Below, one piece after another: positions 18,467 through 27,596 of a DNA stretch of 64,000 bases. The translations under genes and the position numbers were made by a program. The first letter of the stretch is position 1; every line of letters begins with the position of its first letter. The DNA is from Nitrospirales bacterium (lineage in GTDB: Bacteria; Nitrospirota; Nitrospiria; Nitrospirales; UBA8639): positions 384,001-448,000 of the forward strand of contig CBDCWC010000003.1 in NCBI GenBank assembly GCA_965223295.1. The letters run 5' to 3'. The notes under the pieces were generated by a model. The model worked only from the letters and a program-made list of their open reading frames with translations, made no database searches and was not told where the DNA came from.

Positions 18467-19756
18467 TTACAGCCAGTTCACCCGTTCGGCCGGACGGATG
18501 TAAATCGGCTCTTCCACTTGCTGCCGCACCGCTTCCTTGCCCGACTTGTTGAAGCCCAATACCGTGTCGTTATACATCTCAAACTTCCGACCGTGAATTT
18601 GGGTCTCAAACACTTTCGGCCCCGGAATGACGTCATACCGGAAGATGATCTGTTGGCTCGCTCGCCATAACTGCAGCACCGCCAACAATTCCCGGCTCGG
18701 CACCAAATACTTCTCAATGGCATTGTCCACCCCCGGCCCAAACATCTGCCGGATGTAGCCCCGCGGCGCTTGCCGCGGCGGAATGTAATACCCATTGGGC
18801 TCCGTGCCCCATTGCGGGTACAACGGCAACGCCACTTGTTCCACCCGAATCGCATAATACAATGGATTCCAGCGGTCTTCCGCCCATAACCCGTCATCGC
18901 CCACTTTGACGAGCCCTTGCAGACGGATCTTGCCCACGCACGCCGCCATACACCGCGTTTCCATCGGCTCCCCACCCGTCAGCGGATCTTTGCCCTCTAC
19001 CCGCGGATAGCAGGCAATACACTTCTCACTGACCCGGGTGGTCCCCCGATACATCGGCTTTTTGAACGGACATTGCTCCACACATTTTTTGTACCCCCGG
19101 CACCGGTTTTGGTCAATTAAGACAATCCCGTCCTCCGGCCGCTTGTAGATGGCCTTTCTTGGACAGGCCGCCAAACAGCCCGGATAGGTACAGTGGTTAC
19201 AGATGCGTTGCAGATAGAAGAAGTACGTTTCATGCTCCGGCAAGCTGCTGCCGGTCATTTTCCAGGGTTCTTCTTTCGTGAACCCCGTCTTATCCACGCC
19301 TTCGACAATGGCCCGCATCGACGTCGCCGTGTCTTCGTAGATGTTCACGAAGCGCCATTCTTGGTCCGTCGGGATGTACCCAATGGCCGCTTGGCCGATT
19401 TTGGCCCCCGCGTCAAAGATCGTCATCCCTTCAAACACCCCATACGGCGCATGGTGCTTGCGGCCCACCCGCACATTCCACACCTGCCCGCCAGGATTGA
19501 CTTGCTCAATCAACTGCGTGATTTTCACATCATAGAACTGTGGGTAGCCCCCATAGGGCTTCGTTTCCACATTGTTCCACCACATGTATTCCTGCCCTTT
19601 GCTGAATAGCCACGTCGACTTATCCGCCATCGAACAGGTTTGACACGCTAAACACCGATTGATGTTGAACACAAATGCAAATTGCCATTTCGGATGCCGC
19701 TCCTCATACGGATACAGCATCTTCCGGCCTAAGTGCCAATTATAGACTTCTGGCAT
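18467..19756 (-). CDS. nxrB: Nitrite oxidoreductase beta subunit (Nitrospira type)
   Basis: 429 aa; MPEVYNWHLGR, NINRCLACQTCSMAD, YMWWNNVETKPYGGYP, CNHCTYPGCLAACP Fe-S motifs. Confidence 0.97.
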   Translation of the reverse strand: MPEVYNWHLGRKMLYPYEERHPKWQFAFVFNINRCLACQTCSMADKSTWLFSKGQEYMWWNNVETKPYGGYPQFYDVKITQLIEQVNPGGQVWNVRVGRKHHAPYGVFEGMTIFDAGAKIGQAAIGYIPTDQEWRFVNIYEDTATSMRAIVEGVDKTGFTKEEPWKMTGSSLPEHETYFFYLQRICNHCTYPGCLAACPRKAIYKRPEDGIVLIDQNRCRGYKKCVEQCPFKKPMYRGTTRVSEKCIACYPRVEGKDPLTGGEPMETRCMAACVGKIRLQGLVKVGDDGLWAEDRWNPLYYAIRVEQVALPLYPQWGTEPNGYYIPPRQAPRGYIRQMFGPGVDNAIEKYLVPSRELLAVLQLWRASQQIIFRYDVIPGPKVFETQIHGRKFEMYNDTVLGFNKSGKEAVRQQVEEPIYIRPAERVNWL

Positions 19757-19836
19757 GGTAGTGATTCCTCCATTTGGTTATAGATGCATTCAGCATAATT
19801 AATTTGGTTACCAGATAATTCATTTTAAGATTAAAG

Positions 19837-19905
19837 GGAGGCTGGGGGGAGGTGTAAGCAATGTTTCTTTCCAGACGTCAATCAAGAAAAGAACCCCCAG
19901 CCTCC
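19837..19905. promoter_or_regulatory. nxrA-nxrB intergenic stem-loop
   Basis: 12-bp inverted repeat ggaggctggggg / cccccagcctcc. Confidence 0.55.
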
Positions 19906-19918
19906 AAATCATGATAAT

Positions 19919-22900
19919 TTACACTTTAATCTTAATGTGGTCGCCTTTGAGCCATTTCACCATGAACTCATTTTCCTGCCCCGGCGTAAACCCGGTCCGG
20001 ACCGGCTCCCACGGACCCCGGCCGCCAATGCCGCCGTCTTCCGCCTTGGTAATCCGGATGAGACATTCTTTCGGCACCGTATTGACCGCATGGTTGTCCA
20101 CTTGGTACCCAAATTTAAATTTCCACGCCACCGCATGTTTGCCTGGCAGCGAGTCGAGTTGCTGAATTGGCATCAGCCAGTCCCGCGTAAAGGCCTGTTG
20201 CGCCCCATACCGGAAGTTCGATTGATACCCCGTGTCCATGGCAATCGCCCGCCCGTCCGGCCGCGTTTCATGCCCTTTCACGGATTTGGCCGTGGCCACA
20301 TAGGGCGCATGTTTGGCCATCGTCACATGGTACGGATAGGCCGGGTTGTACTTCGCCCGGATCATCAACCGCGCCACCTTGTAATACGGGTCACTGGGCT
20401 TCCACCCCCGATACGGCCGATCCACCGGGTTCCCATCCACGTAGACATAGTCCCCGTCGTTGATGCCCCGATCTTTGGCCGCTTGCGGGTTGATATGGAT
20501 TTGATGTTCCCCGACCCCTGGCGTCCGCTTATCCATCCGATACGCATCCCCAAAGTTCGACTCATACATCTGCACCCAGTCATTCACCGACCATTGACTA
20601 TGCACCCGATGCCGCGTCTTCGGCGTGACACAATAGAACTGATACCCCTTCTCCCATAACGGATTGGAGTAGCGCTTGATTTCCTGCCACGGCAACTTGA
20701 TGTTCCGAATGGTCTTATCATCATGATGTTGCGCCGTGATCGGCACCCCATAGTCATCCGGCCGCACATACGGATTCGACGACATGATCGCATTGGGCAA
20801 GTACGGCGTCGCTTCCGTCCCTTCCCGATGCGAAATGAGGTTTTCCCCGTACTCAATGGCTTCCGGCTCCACCCGGTAATTCTCATACCGGCCCGTCCGC
20901 GTCCATTGCGGCTTCGACTCGTTGGTTTCTTCCCAGAACGGATGGCGCGGATACGTCCGGCACATCACCATCCAGCCCTTCTCTGACTTCAACATCGTGT
21001 CCACACTGTAGCCATACCCCGTGGTGCTGGCATCCAACAACCGCTGCACATACACATCCACCCGGTTGTCATAGACAAACTTGAAGTAATCCCGGAACCG
21101 CCCGTCGCCCGTCATTTCGGTCAACTTGGCCGCCACCCCGGCTACCGTATCCAGATCGTTCCGCGTGTCATATAAGGGCCGGATGCCCCCCTTCCACACT
21201 TGGAACCAGGGATTCGACACCGTCGCCGTATGCTCTGGATAGGTGAACTCCATCCACGTATTCACCCCAAACGCCACGTCATTATGATTGACGTCCGAGG
21301 TCATTTCCACATCTTGCGTCACCAACGTTTCAATGTGCGGATCCACGTTCTTCACCATGTCATAATGGTGTTTGGCGTTGTTCAACACATTCACATTGGC
21401 CACCCACCGGAATTTACTGGGGGTGGGCATATGCGTCTTCCCCGTAAACACCCGCCGGCCATACTTCGGCGTATTGACAATCAACGCCGTATCCCCATGG
21501 TTCCAATAGGCCACTTCTTCGCCATAATAGTAGCCTTTGACATGGATCTCTTTGCCATGCACCGTTGGATCCGTGGTGATCTTAAAGGGGTTCTCCCCCG
21601 TATGCGTCCCGAGCCCGCCGCCGCCCCATGGCGTGGCGTTCCAGATCCCCGCTTTATAGTTACCGGCCCAGGTATGCTGCCCCGTGCCGAATTTCCCCAC
21701 ATTCCCCGTCACAATCAACACCATCGCCGCGCCACGCGCGATAATGGTTTGATGGAAATAGTGGTTGGTGCCTTCCCCGTTGTGAATGGCCGCCGGCTTG
21801 ATCGTCCCCGAATCCCGCGCCCACCGCACAATCAGGTCCTTCGGCGCCCGATTGATTTGATGCACCGTATCCAAGTCATAGTCCTGCAGATGCACCTGAT
21901 ACATTTGCATCACCGGCATCACGTCCACCTCCCGGTTGTTCAACAACTTCACCCGGTAGGTCCCCGTCAACGCTGAGTCAATGCCGCTCTTGCGATAATG
22001 CCAGCCCACCAATTCCCGATGAATCGGCACCGCCTGATTCTTGTTCAGATCCCACACCATAAAGCCCCCCAACCGGGCCAGCTTCGCAGGATCCAACGTT
22101 TGCATTTTCCCTGAATAACTCTTACTGAAGTCCGGGAGTTGATAGTCTTTGATCACTTCCCGGGGGTCCAAGTACTGCAACGTATCCGTCCGCACCAACA
22201 ACGGCATGTCCGTGTACGCTTGACAAAAATCATGGTCATACATGTTTTCATCAAAGATGATTTTACAGGCCCCTAAAAACAAGGCCCCGTCTGTCTGTGG
22301 CCGCACTGGAATCCAGTAGTCTGCCCGATAGGCCGTCGGGTTATATTCCGGCGTGATCACCACCACCCGGGCCCCCCGCTCAATGCTCTCGAGCTTCCAA
22401 TGCGCCTCCGGCATCTTGTTTTCCACGAAGTTCTTCCCCCAGCTGGTGTTCAGCTTCGAGAACCGCATGTCATTCATGTCCACATCCGAGGCTTGCACGC
22501 CGTTCCAGAACGGATGCGCGGGGTTTTGATCCCCATGCCACGTATAATTCGACCAATACCGGCCCCCTTGCGCTTGGTCCGGCTTGACTTTGCGAATGTA
22601 GGTATCCAGCAACGCCCCGCAGCCCCCATTCATCCGGGTGATCCCCATTTTCCCAATCACCCCCAAAATGGGCATCCCCGCCCGGAACTTAAAGCAGCGC
22701 GTGGCCGCCCCTTTGCTCATCTCAATCATTTCCGGTGGATAGCCTTGCTCCCGCATCCGACGGGCTCCCGCTTCCCCCGAATACCGCTCGGCGATGATGA
22801 TCATCGCTTTGGCCAGGTACGTAAACGCCGTATCCCAGCTCACCCGCAACATGTCATCCAAGTACCGCGCGTTAAACTTATATTTCGTCATCACCGCCGG

Positions 22901-23356
22901 CGTAAACTCCGGACTGCCGGCATCCATCCAGGCCTTCCAGCCCCGCCGCATCAACGGCCCTTTCAGCCGATACGGCCCATACACCCGCCGATGCATCGTG
23001 AACCCCTTCAGACACATCCGCGGATTATGCGCAAACGTCCCCCGGTTGCCGTAGAGATCTTCGTAGGTTTGATGGTCGTAGTTTTGCTCCACCCGCATGA
23101 CCACCCCGTTGCGCACAAACGCCCGGATTCGGCAGGCATGCGTGTCATTCGGGGAACAACACCACGTAAACGAGCTGTCATAGCGATATTGATCGTGATA
23201 CACCCGCTCCCAGGACCGGTCGGGATACTCCCCCAGGGGATTGCCCACTTCGATGACCGGCTGCAGCGCCGTCAAGGCCAGCGCCTTGTCCGCTAAGGCC
23301 ACCGCCGCTACCGTGCCGGCGGAGACCTTTAAAAATTGCCGTCTAGAAAGAAACAT
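19919..23356 (-). CDS. nxrA: Nitrite oxidoreductase alpha subunit (periplasmic, Tat-exported Mo enzyme)
   Basis: 1145 aa; SRRQFLK twin-Arg; CSPNDTHAC Fe-S motif; NYTWHGD; adjacent to nxrB. Confidence 0.97.
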   Translation of the reverse strand: MFLSRRQFLKVSAGTVAAVALADKALALTALQPVIEVGNPLGEYPDRSWERVYHDQYRYDSSFTWCCSPNDTHACRIRAFVRNGVVMRVEQNYDHQTYEDLYGNRGTFAHNPRMCLKGFTMHRRVYGPYRLKGPLMRRGWKAWMDAGSPEFTPAVMTKYKFNARYLDDMLRVSWDTAFTYLAKAMIIIAERYSGEAGARRMREQGYPPEMIEMSKGAATRCFKFRAGMPILGVIGKMGITRMNGGCGALLDTYIRKVKPDQAQGGRYWSNYTWHGDQNPAHPFWNGVQASDVDMNDMRFSKLNTSWGKNFVENKMPEAHWKLESIERGARVVVITPEYNPTAYRADYWIPVRPQTDGALFLGACKIIFDENMYDHDFCQAYTDMPLLVRTDTLQYLDPREVIKDYQLPDFSKSYSGKMQTLDPAKLARLGGFMVWDLNKNQAVPIHRELVGWHYRKSGIDSALTGTYRVKLLNNREVDVMPVMQMYQVHLQDYDLDTVHQINRAPKDLIVRWARDSGTIKPAAIHNGEGTNHYFHQTIIARGAAMVLIVTGNVGKFGTGQHTWAGNYKAGIWNATPWGGGGLGTHTGENPFKITTDPTVHGKEIHVKGYYYGEEVAYWNHGDTALIVNTPKYGRRVFTGKTHMPTPSKFRWVANVNVLNNAKHHYDMVKNVDPHIETLVTQDVEMTSDVNHNDVAFGVNTWMEFTYPEHTATVSNPWFQVWKGGIRPLYDTRNDLDTVAGVAAKLTEMTGDGRFRDYFKFVYDNRVDVYVQRLLDASTTGYGYSVDTMLKSEKGWMVMCRTYPRHPFWEETNESKPQWTRTGRYENYRVEPEAIEYGENLISHREGTEATPYLPNAIMSSNPYVRPDDYGVPITAQHHDDKTIRNIKLPWQEIKRYSNPLWEKGYQFYCVTPKTRHRVHSQWSVNDWVQMYESNFGDAYRMDKRTPGVGEHQIHINPQAAKDRGINDGDYVYVDGNPVDRPYRGWKPSDPYYKVARLMIRAKYNPAYPYHVTMAKHAPYVATAKSVKGHETRPDGRAIAMDTGYQSNFRYGAQQAFTRDWLMPIQQLDSLPGKHAVAWKFKFGYQVDNHAVNTVPKECLIRITKAEDGGIGGRGPWEPVRTGFTPGQENEFMVKWLKGDHIKIKV

Positions 23357-23537
23357 TGAGAATACCTCCTTTTAAAAAATTCTCACATGAGAAAATAAAA
23401 GACCATCTCTCATTGCGACAGGCTCCCCCTGTCGTGCTTCTTCAACCTCCCTCCATCCTTAATGGACGATAAAAGTGAACAATTTATAAAAACGAGACAC
23501 ATATCCTATCTAGGCAAAAAATTCCCATGGAACATTG

Positions 23538-23554
23538 TGCAATCCGTATTCCCC
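23538..23554 (-). promoter_or_regulatory. Putative sigma54 promoter of nxrAB
   Basis: Minus strand GG-AATACGGATT-GC-A. Upstream: IHF-like tatcaataacata (23581-23593) and perfect palindrome tcgaaatttcga (23653-23664). Confidence 0.55.
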
Positions 23555-23705
23555 AAAAACATAAACATGGAAAATACTTGTATGTTATTGATATTTCATA
23601 GAATTTAATGCACGTACCTGAACGTTCCTCCATATAGCGAAACATAGAAACATCGAAATTTCGAGGATGCCGGCAAGGTGTCATTGGAATTTCAAGGCCT
23701 ATAAA

Positions 23706-23722
23706 TTAGGGGTCAGACTCGA
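23706..23722 (+). repeat. Half-copy of transposase-associated repeat
   Basis: ttaggggtcagactcga, same as the arms at 24494 and 58027. Confidence 0.85.
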
Positions 23723-23784
23723 CTTTATTTCAGGTTCTTGATATATTCCAGCCACAAAACTCTAGTTTACAAGAAAGAGCTTCT

Positions 23785-24477
23785 ATGGCCCGCTTACCCC
23801 GTTTTTTTGTGCCCGGCATTCCCCTTCATATCATTCAACGGGGAAATAATCGCGGAGCGCTGTTTCATCACATTAATGACTACAATGTCTATCGTGAATG
23901 GCTGCAAGAAGCAGCTCAATCACATGGTTGCGCCATTCATGCCTATGTCTTAATGACCAATCATGTGCATCTCCTACTTACGCCAACACATCAAGATAGT
24001 TTGCCAAAGACTTTTCAGTCGTTAGGCCGCCGCTACGTTCAGTATTTCAACGCCACGCACCAACGCACAGGAACGCTTTGGGAAGGACGCTATCGGGCCA
24101 CGTTAATTGAAAGTGAGGCCTATCTTTTAACCTGCTGCCGGTACATTGAGCTCAATCCCGTTCGGGCCGAAATGGTCAGACGTCCTCGTGACTATCGATG
24201 GTCCAGCTATCATTATCATGCTGAAGGAAAACCAGATCCCCTTCTCACCCCTCACAGCCTCTACCAACGCCTCGGCAGCACAACGACTGCGCGACAACAA
24301 GCCTATCGAGCCCTCTTTCGCCAGCATTTAAGCGGAGAAACGTTAGACACCATTCGAGAGGCCACCAACAAGGCCTGGGTATTGGGGACTGAAAAATTCA
24401 AAGATCGCCTGGCCAAGAAACTTGATCGCCGCGTGGCACCTTTGCCGCGAGGCCGGCCCTCATTAGAAAAAGATTAA
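23785..24477 (+). CDS. Y1 HUH transposase (IS200/REP-associated tyrosine transposase, RAYT-like)
   Basis: HIIQRGNNR, AYVLMTNHVHLL (HUH), LWEGRY, RYIELNPVRA (Tyr), YRWSSY. Confidence 0.92.
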   Translation: MARLPRFFVPGIPLHIIQRGNNRGALFHHINDYNVYREWLQEAAQSHGCAIHAYVLMTNHVHLLLTPTHQDSLPKTFQSLGRRYVQYFNATHQRTGTLWEGRYRATLIESEAYLLTCCRYIELNPVRAEMVRRPRDYRWSSYHYHAEGKPDPLLTPHSLYQRLGSTTTARQQAYRALFRQHLSGETLDTIREATNKAWVLGTEKFKDRLAKKLDRRVAPLPRGRPSLEKD

Positions 24478-24493
24478 TCCCCCTGACTTAACA

Positions 24494-24534
24494 TTAGGGG
24501 TCAGACTCGAATTTAATTCGAGTCTGACCCCTAA
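24494..24534. repeat. 41-bp palindrome (20-bp perfect arms), REPIN-like
   Basis: ttaggggtcagactcgaatt-t-aattcgagtctgacccctaa. Confidence 0.92.
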
Positions 24535-24559
24535 AATGCCCCTAAAGGATTCTTCCTGT

Positions 24560-25306
24560 TTAGGTTTCAGGGGAGCCTGCAGGACGTTTGAGCTCCTCCA
24601 GTGTGACATGTTTCGGGAGAAGGACCGGGAAGACGATGCCGATAGGGTCACCTCGATGAATCGTGATCGGTTCTTGGGAGGGAATCTCTAATTGCAGCAG
24701 GAAGTTTGTCACAAATGCATCATAGTCAGGAAGAAAGTCATAGAGATTGGGAGTGGTTTTATACTCTTGCGTTTTGATGCCTTCCCAAATAGAAAATGGA
24801 CGCTGAGGGAGATGATAGAAATGATTGGGAATATCTTTCATCATCATACCCAACTGTTTCGGGTAATAAAACCGAAGACCGCAGCATAACTTGGGAAATC
24901 CGCTGTTGAGAATACTATCCACATACATTCCAGAAAAGGATTTGTACCCCAACAGCCGTTCTTCAGGAAGAATAGGAGGCGATTGCCATTCAAACCCTTT
25001 TCCCGCACGGCGAATCCGGCAATCCGCTGGTGAGCGAATAAGCCAACCATACTGCCCGATAAATCGCACAGGGCCACAGTCATCAGGAATGACCTTGTAC
25101 CCACTGCCAGCGAGCTGACGTTGCTCGTCAAGAGACATCCCCGTCATCATAGGTCGATGCGGATGAAAATCTAGCTTTAATCGTTCAGGAGCAAAGGCCG
25201 TGGAATATTCCCGCTCCCAATACATCGTCCACTTCATCTCTGTATTTCCAGGTCGTTCGTTCATAAAAATGCCCATCCCATTAAGGGGAAGCACATCTCT
25301 TGTCAT
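24560..25306 (-). CDS. Hypothetical protein (dUTPase-fold/DUF6065-like, weak)
   Basis: ATGA overlap with the upstream gene; GWLIRSP and ITIHRGDPIGIVFPV motifs. Confidence 0.55.
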   Translation of the reverse strand: MTRDVLPLNGMGIFMNERPGNTEMKWTMYWEREYSTAFAPERLKLDFHPHRPMMTGMSLDEQRQLAGSGYKVIPDDCGPVRFIGQYGWLIRSPADCRIRRAGKGFEWQSPPILPEERLLGYKSFSGMYVDSILNSGFPKLCCGLRFYYPKQLGMMMKDIPNHFYHLPQRPFSIWEGIKTQEYKTTPNLYDFLPDYDAFVTNFLLQLEIPSQEPITIHRGDPIGIVFPVLLPKHVTLEELKRPAGSPET

Positions 25307-25926
25307 TGAGCCGCAGAGACTTCGCCTCGCTTTATCATCCAAGCCACCTCAGCCACACGCTTGCCCAGGGCCCAGGCCTCCGCTTTTTCCGTATCGTTAA
25401 TGCCTGGGCTTTCACCTTCAGTAGTCGCGGAGGCCCCGAACGCTCCACCATCACTTACCACAATCATCTGATTCCCCAACATTGCGGCTAAAATGGTTAA
25501 CATCGTGACTTCTTTGCCACTGGAAACTTGCCCTCCGGTGGCAAACGCCGCCCCGACCTTATTTCGCATTTTAAATTCGGGAAACACACCAAACTCAAAT
25601 TGCCAGCGATCAAAAAAACTTTTCACCTCACCAGACATATTGGACCAATACACCGGCGACCCGACCACTACGGCATCACTACCGAATAACAGATCTGCCG
25701 TGACATTTCCTACCGCATGTAGCAACACGCGCGTACCAGGAACAGCCTCGGCTCCAGCCACCACACTCTGAGCCATCGTTTGAGTATTGCCCGACAAGGA
25801 ATGATACGCGACGAGAACCTGAAGAGTGTCCGACTGAGACTGGACTTGGGCTGAAACCTGTGAACATCCAAGGCTCAGGACAATCAACCCTAGAAACAAC
25901 CACAGAACTGGTGGAGTGCGCATCAA
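25303..25926 (-). CDS. WrbA/flavodoxin-family NAD(P)H oxidoreductase with N-terminal signal peptide
   Basis: YHSLSGNT, GSPVYW, KVGAAFATGG. Confidence 0.9.
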   Translation of the reverse strand: MMRTPPVLWLFLGLIVLSLGCSQVSAQVQSQSDTLQVLVAYHSLSGNTQTMAQSVVAGAEAVPGTRVLLHAVGNVTADLLFGSDAVVVGSPVYWSNMSGEVKSFFDRWQFEFGVFPEFKMRNKVGAAFATGGQVSSGKEVTMLTILAAMLGNQMIVVSDGGAFGASATTEGESPGINDTEKAEAWALGKRVAEVAWMIKRGEVSAAQ

Positions 25927-26001
25927 AATTCAGAAGAGCCAGAAGAAGGAACCACACGAAGACTCATGGCACAAGGAAGGATGGACAAAAAAATACTGAA
26001 T

Positions 26002-26188
26002 GGCCCTGTTGAAAAAAGCCGCCAGCGGCGTTCTCGCCATTGTTCTGTGCTCACGTACTGCCAGGACGCTCCGTACGCAAAAATGGCTGTGGCCTTGCTG
26101 GACGACATTTTTGAACAGCCCTGAGGCTGATGATGGCAACCCGCTTCGGGGCGAAATATGGCCCTTGTCTTCATTAATCAACACTCCC
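26002..26188 (-). mobile_element. ~190-bp MITE, TSD TGAAT
   Basis: ggccctgttgaaaaa...aatcaacactccc flanked by tgaat on both sides. Confidence 0.88.
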
Positions 26189-26202
26189 TGAATAACAAAA
26201 TG

Positions 26203-26391
26203 TTACTGCCGTCCCACTTCTTCATCAATATGTTCTTCTACGGAAACATGTGTTAACGCCCCGCGATAATCACACTTATGACACCGCACACGAAACTCTT
26301 CCAACCACCGCTCCTGCACAAAATGTTGGTGGCACTTCGGGCACGCAAAGACCCCCTTCACATAATGCACTTGCTTCTTATATTTCATCAC
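26203..26391 (-). CDS. Small zinc-ribbon protein
   Basis: CPKC and CHKC pairs; RBS gagggg. Confidence 0.7.
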   Translation of the reverse strand: MMKYKKQVHYVKGVFACPKCHQHFVQERWLEEFRVRCHKCDYRGALTHVSVEEHIDEEVGRQ

Positions 26392-26519
26392 CCAACCCCC
26401 TCAAAAAATAGAATGAATACCAACAGTTAGCCTGCCATACCCCTTTTCTCAATTGCAACTTCTACTATCTTGAACATACCCAAAACGAGTTCGATAGGCT
26501 GATAACTCTGCATTTCCTC

Positions 26520-26697
26520 TCAATAATACTGGATACTCAATCTCGTAGATCGCCAACTTGAAGTCCATCGCCAACCCAATGCTGAACCGCCATCGCCCCC
26601 TTCCTATCAAAACCATGCGGTAAAAGCTATCTCAGAGACCATCAATCCTCTTCTACGTCCCGAACAACCAATAGCCATAGTCGATTTACCTCCCTAA
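26520..26697 (+). pseudogene. Uma2-family (DUF820) endonuclease 3' fragment
   Basis: YWILNLVDRQLEVHRQP...IAIVDL, no intact start. Confidence 0.7.
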
Positions 26698-26774
26698 TCC
26701 TCTCTCAGATGAACCCATCAAAAACAACTCCTATCAAGACCGTCATAATAGGTTCCTGATACCTTATTACGCAT

Positions 26775-26888
26775 ATGCTGACTCCTGATCTCGAAGCCAG
26801 GTGCCGGTAAATGACCCAAGAACGGGATAAGGGGGCTCTCGAATGGTCAAAAGCCACGGTCAAAGAAACTTTAGATGAATCGCGGTGA
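26775..26888 (+). pseudogene. Antitoxin remnant upstream of PemK/MazF pseudogene
   Basis: PDLEARCR*MTQERDKGALEWSKAT resembles an antitoxin C-terminus and overlaps the toxin start. Confidence 0.5.
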
Positions 26889-27200
26889 AATGTGGTGAGT
26901 GAATTTTGAGCCAATTATCGGTGGCCAAATTTGAAAAAAACGACCTGCCATCATTCATAGTAACGATATCTCGAATAAATACCTCAACCGAGTTCAAGTT
27001 GCTCCAGTGACAAGTAACATTGAACGTGTCTATCCAAGTGAAGCGTATATCACCGTCCAAGGTCACCAGAGCAAAGCGATGGGTGACCAATTGACAACAT
27101 TCAGCAAACTACGGTTAACGAGTCTAATCGGACGATTGTCCGAACATGATCGCCGAACTGTCGAACGAGTGGCCAAATTCACCTGGGGTTTTGGAGCGAG
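26875..27200 (+). pseudogene. PemK/MazF toxin pseudogene
   Basis: MNRGEMW*VNFEPIIGGQI*KKRPAII...VAPVTS...DQLTT with two in-frame stops. Confidence 0.85.
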
Positions 27201-27596
27201 GCATAGACGCCTTATCTATTCAATCATGGGGCAATCACAAACACTTACCGAAAAGCCATGTGCAATCCAAAATCAGTAATGCTTCCTCATGACATTCTAG
27301 GACCTGTTGAATATTTATGGGAAAAGGTATTCTGTTAATGTCATGTATGTAAAATTTAATAAATACTAATAGCTAGACTAATTTGCCCAATTGTACCTCA
27401 AAACGCTTTAGCTTTGAGCCCAAGATCAATACCTCCACCCAAAAACAAAAAGAGCCTCGCACAGAATATGCGAAGTTCTTCACTCATATAGAAATCTCAT
27501 AGATTCAGACCCAGATAATCACAGAAAACCTTGCCGAATTCAAACCAGGTTTTTCCCTATCAGCATCCATGCCGACAAAAGGCATTCATAAGGAGT

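Noticed and set aside
19937-23296. Long plus-strand ORFs (240-298 aa) opposite nxrA
   Set aside because: Shadow ORFs caused by nxrA codon bias.
18467-23356. Respiratory nitrate reductase narGH
   Set aside because: Tat signal, lengths (1145/429 aa), Nitrospira-type motifs and absence of narJI indicate periplasmic NXR.
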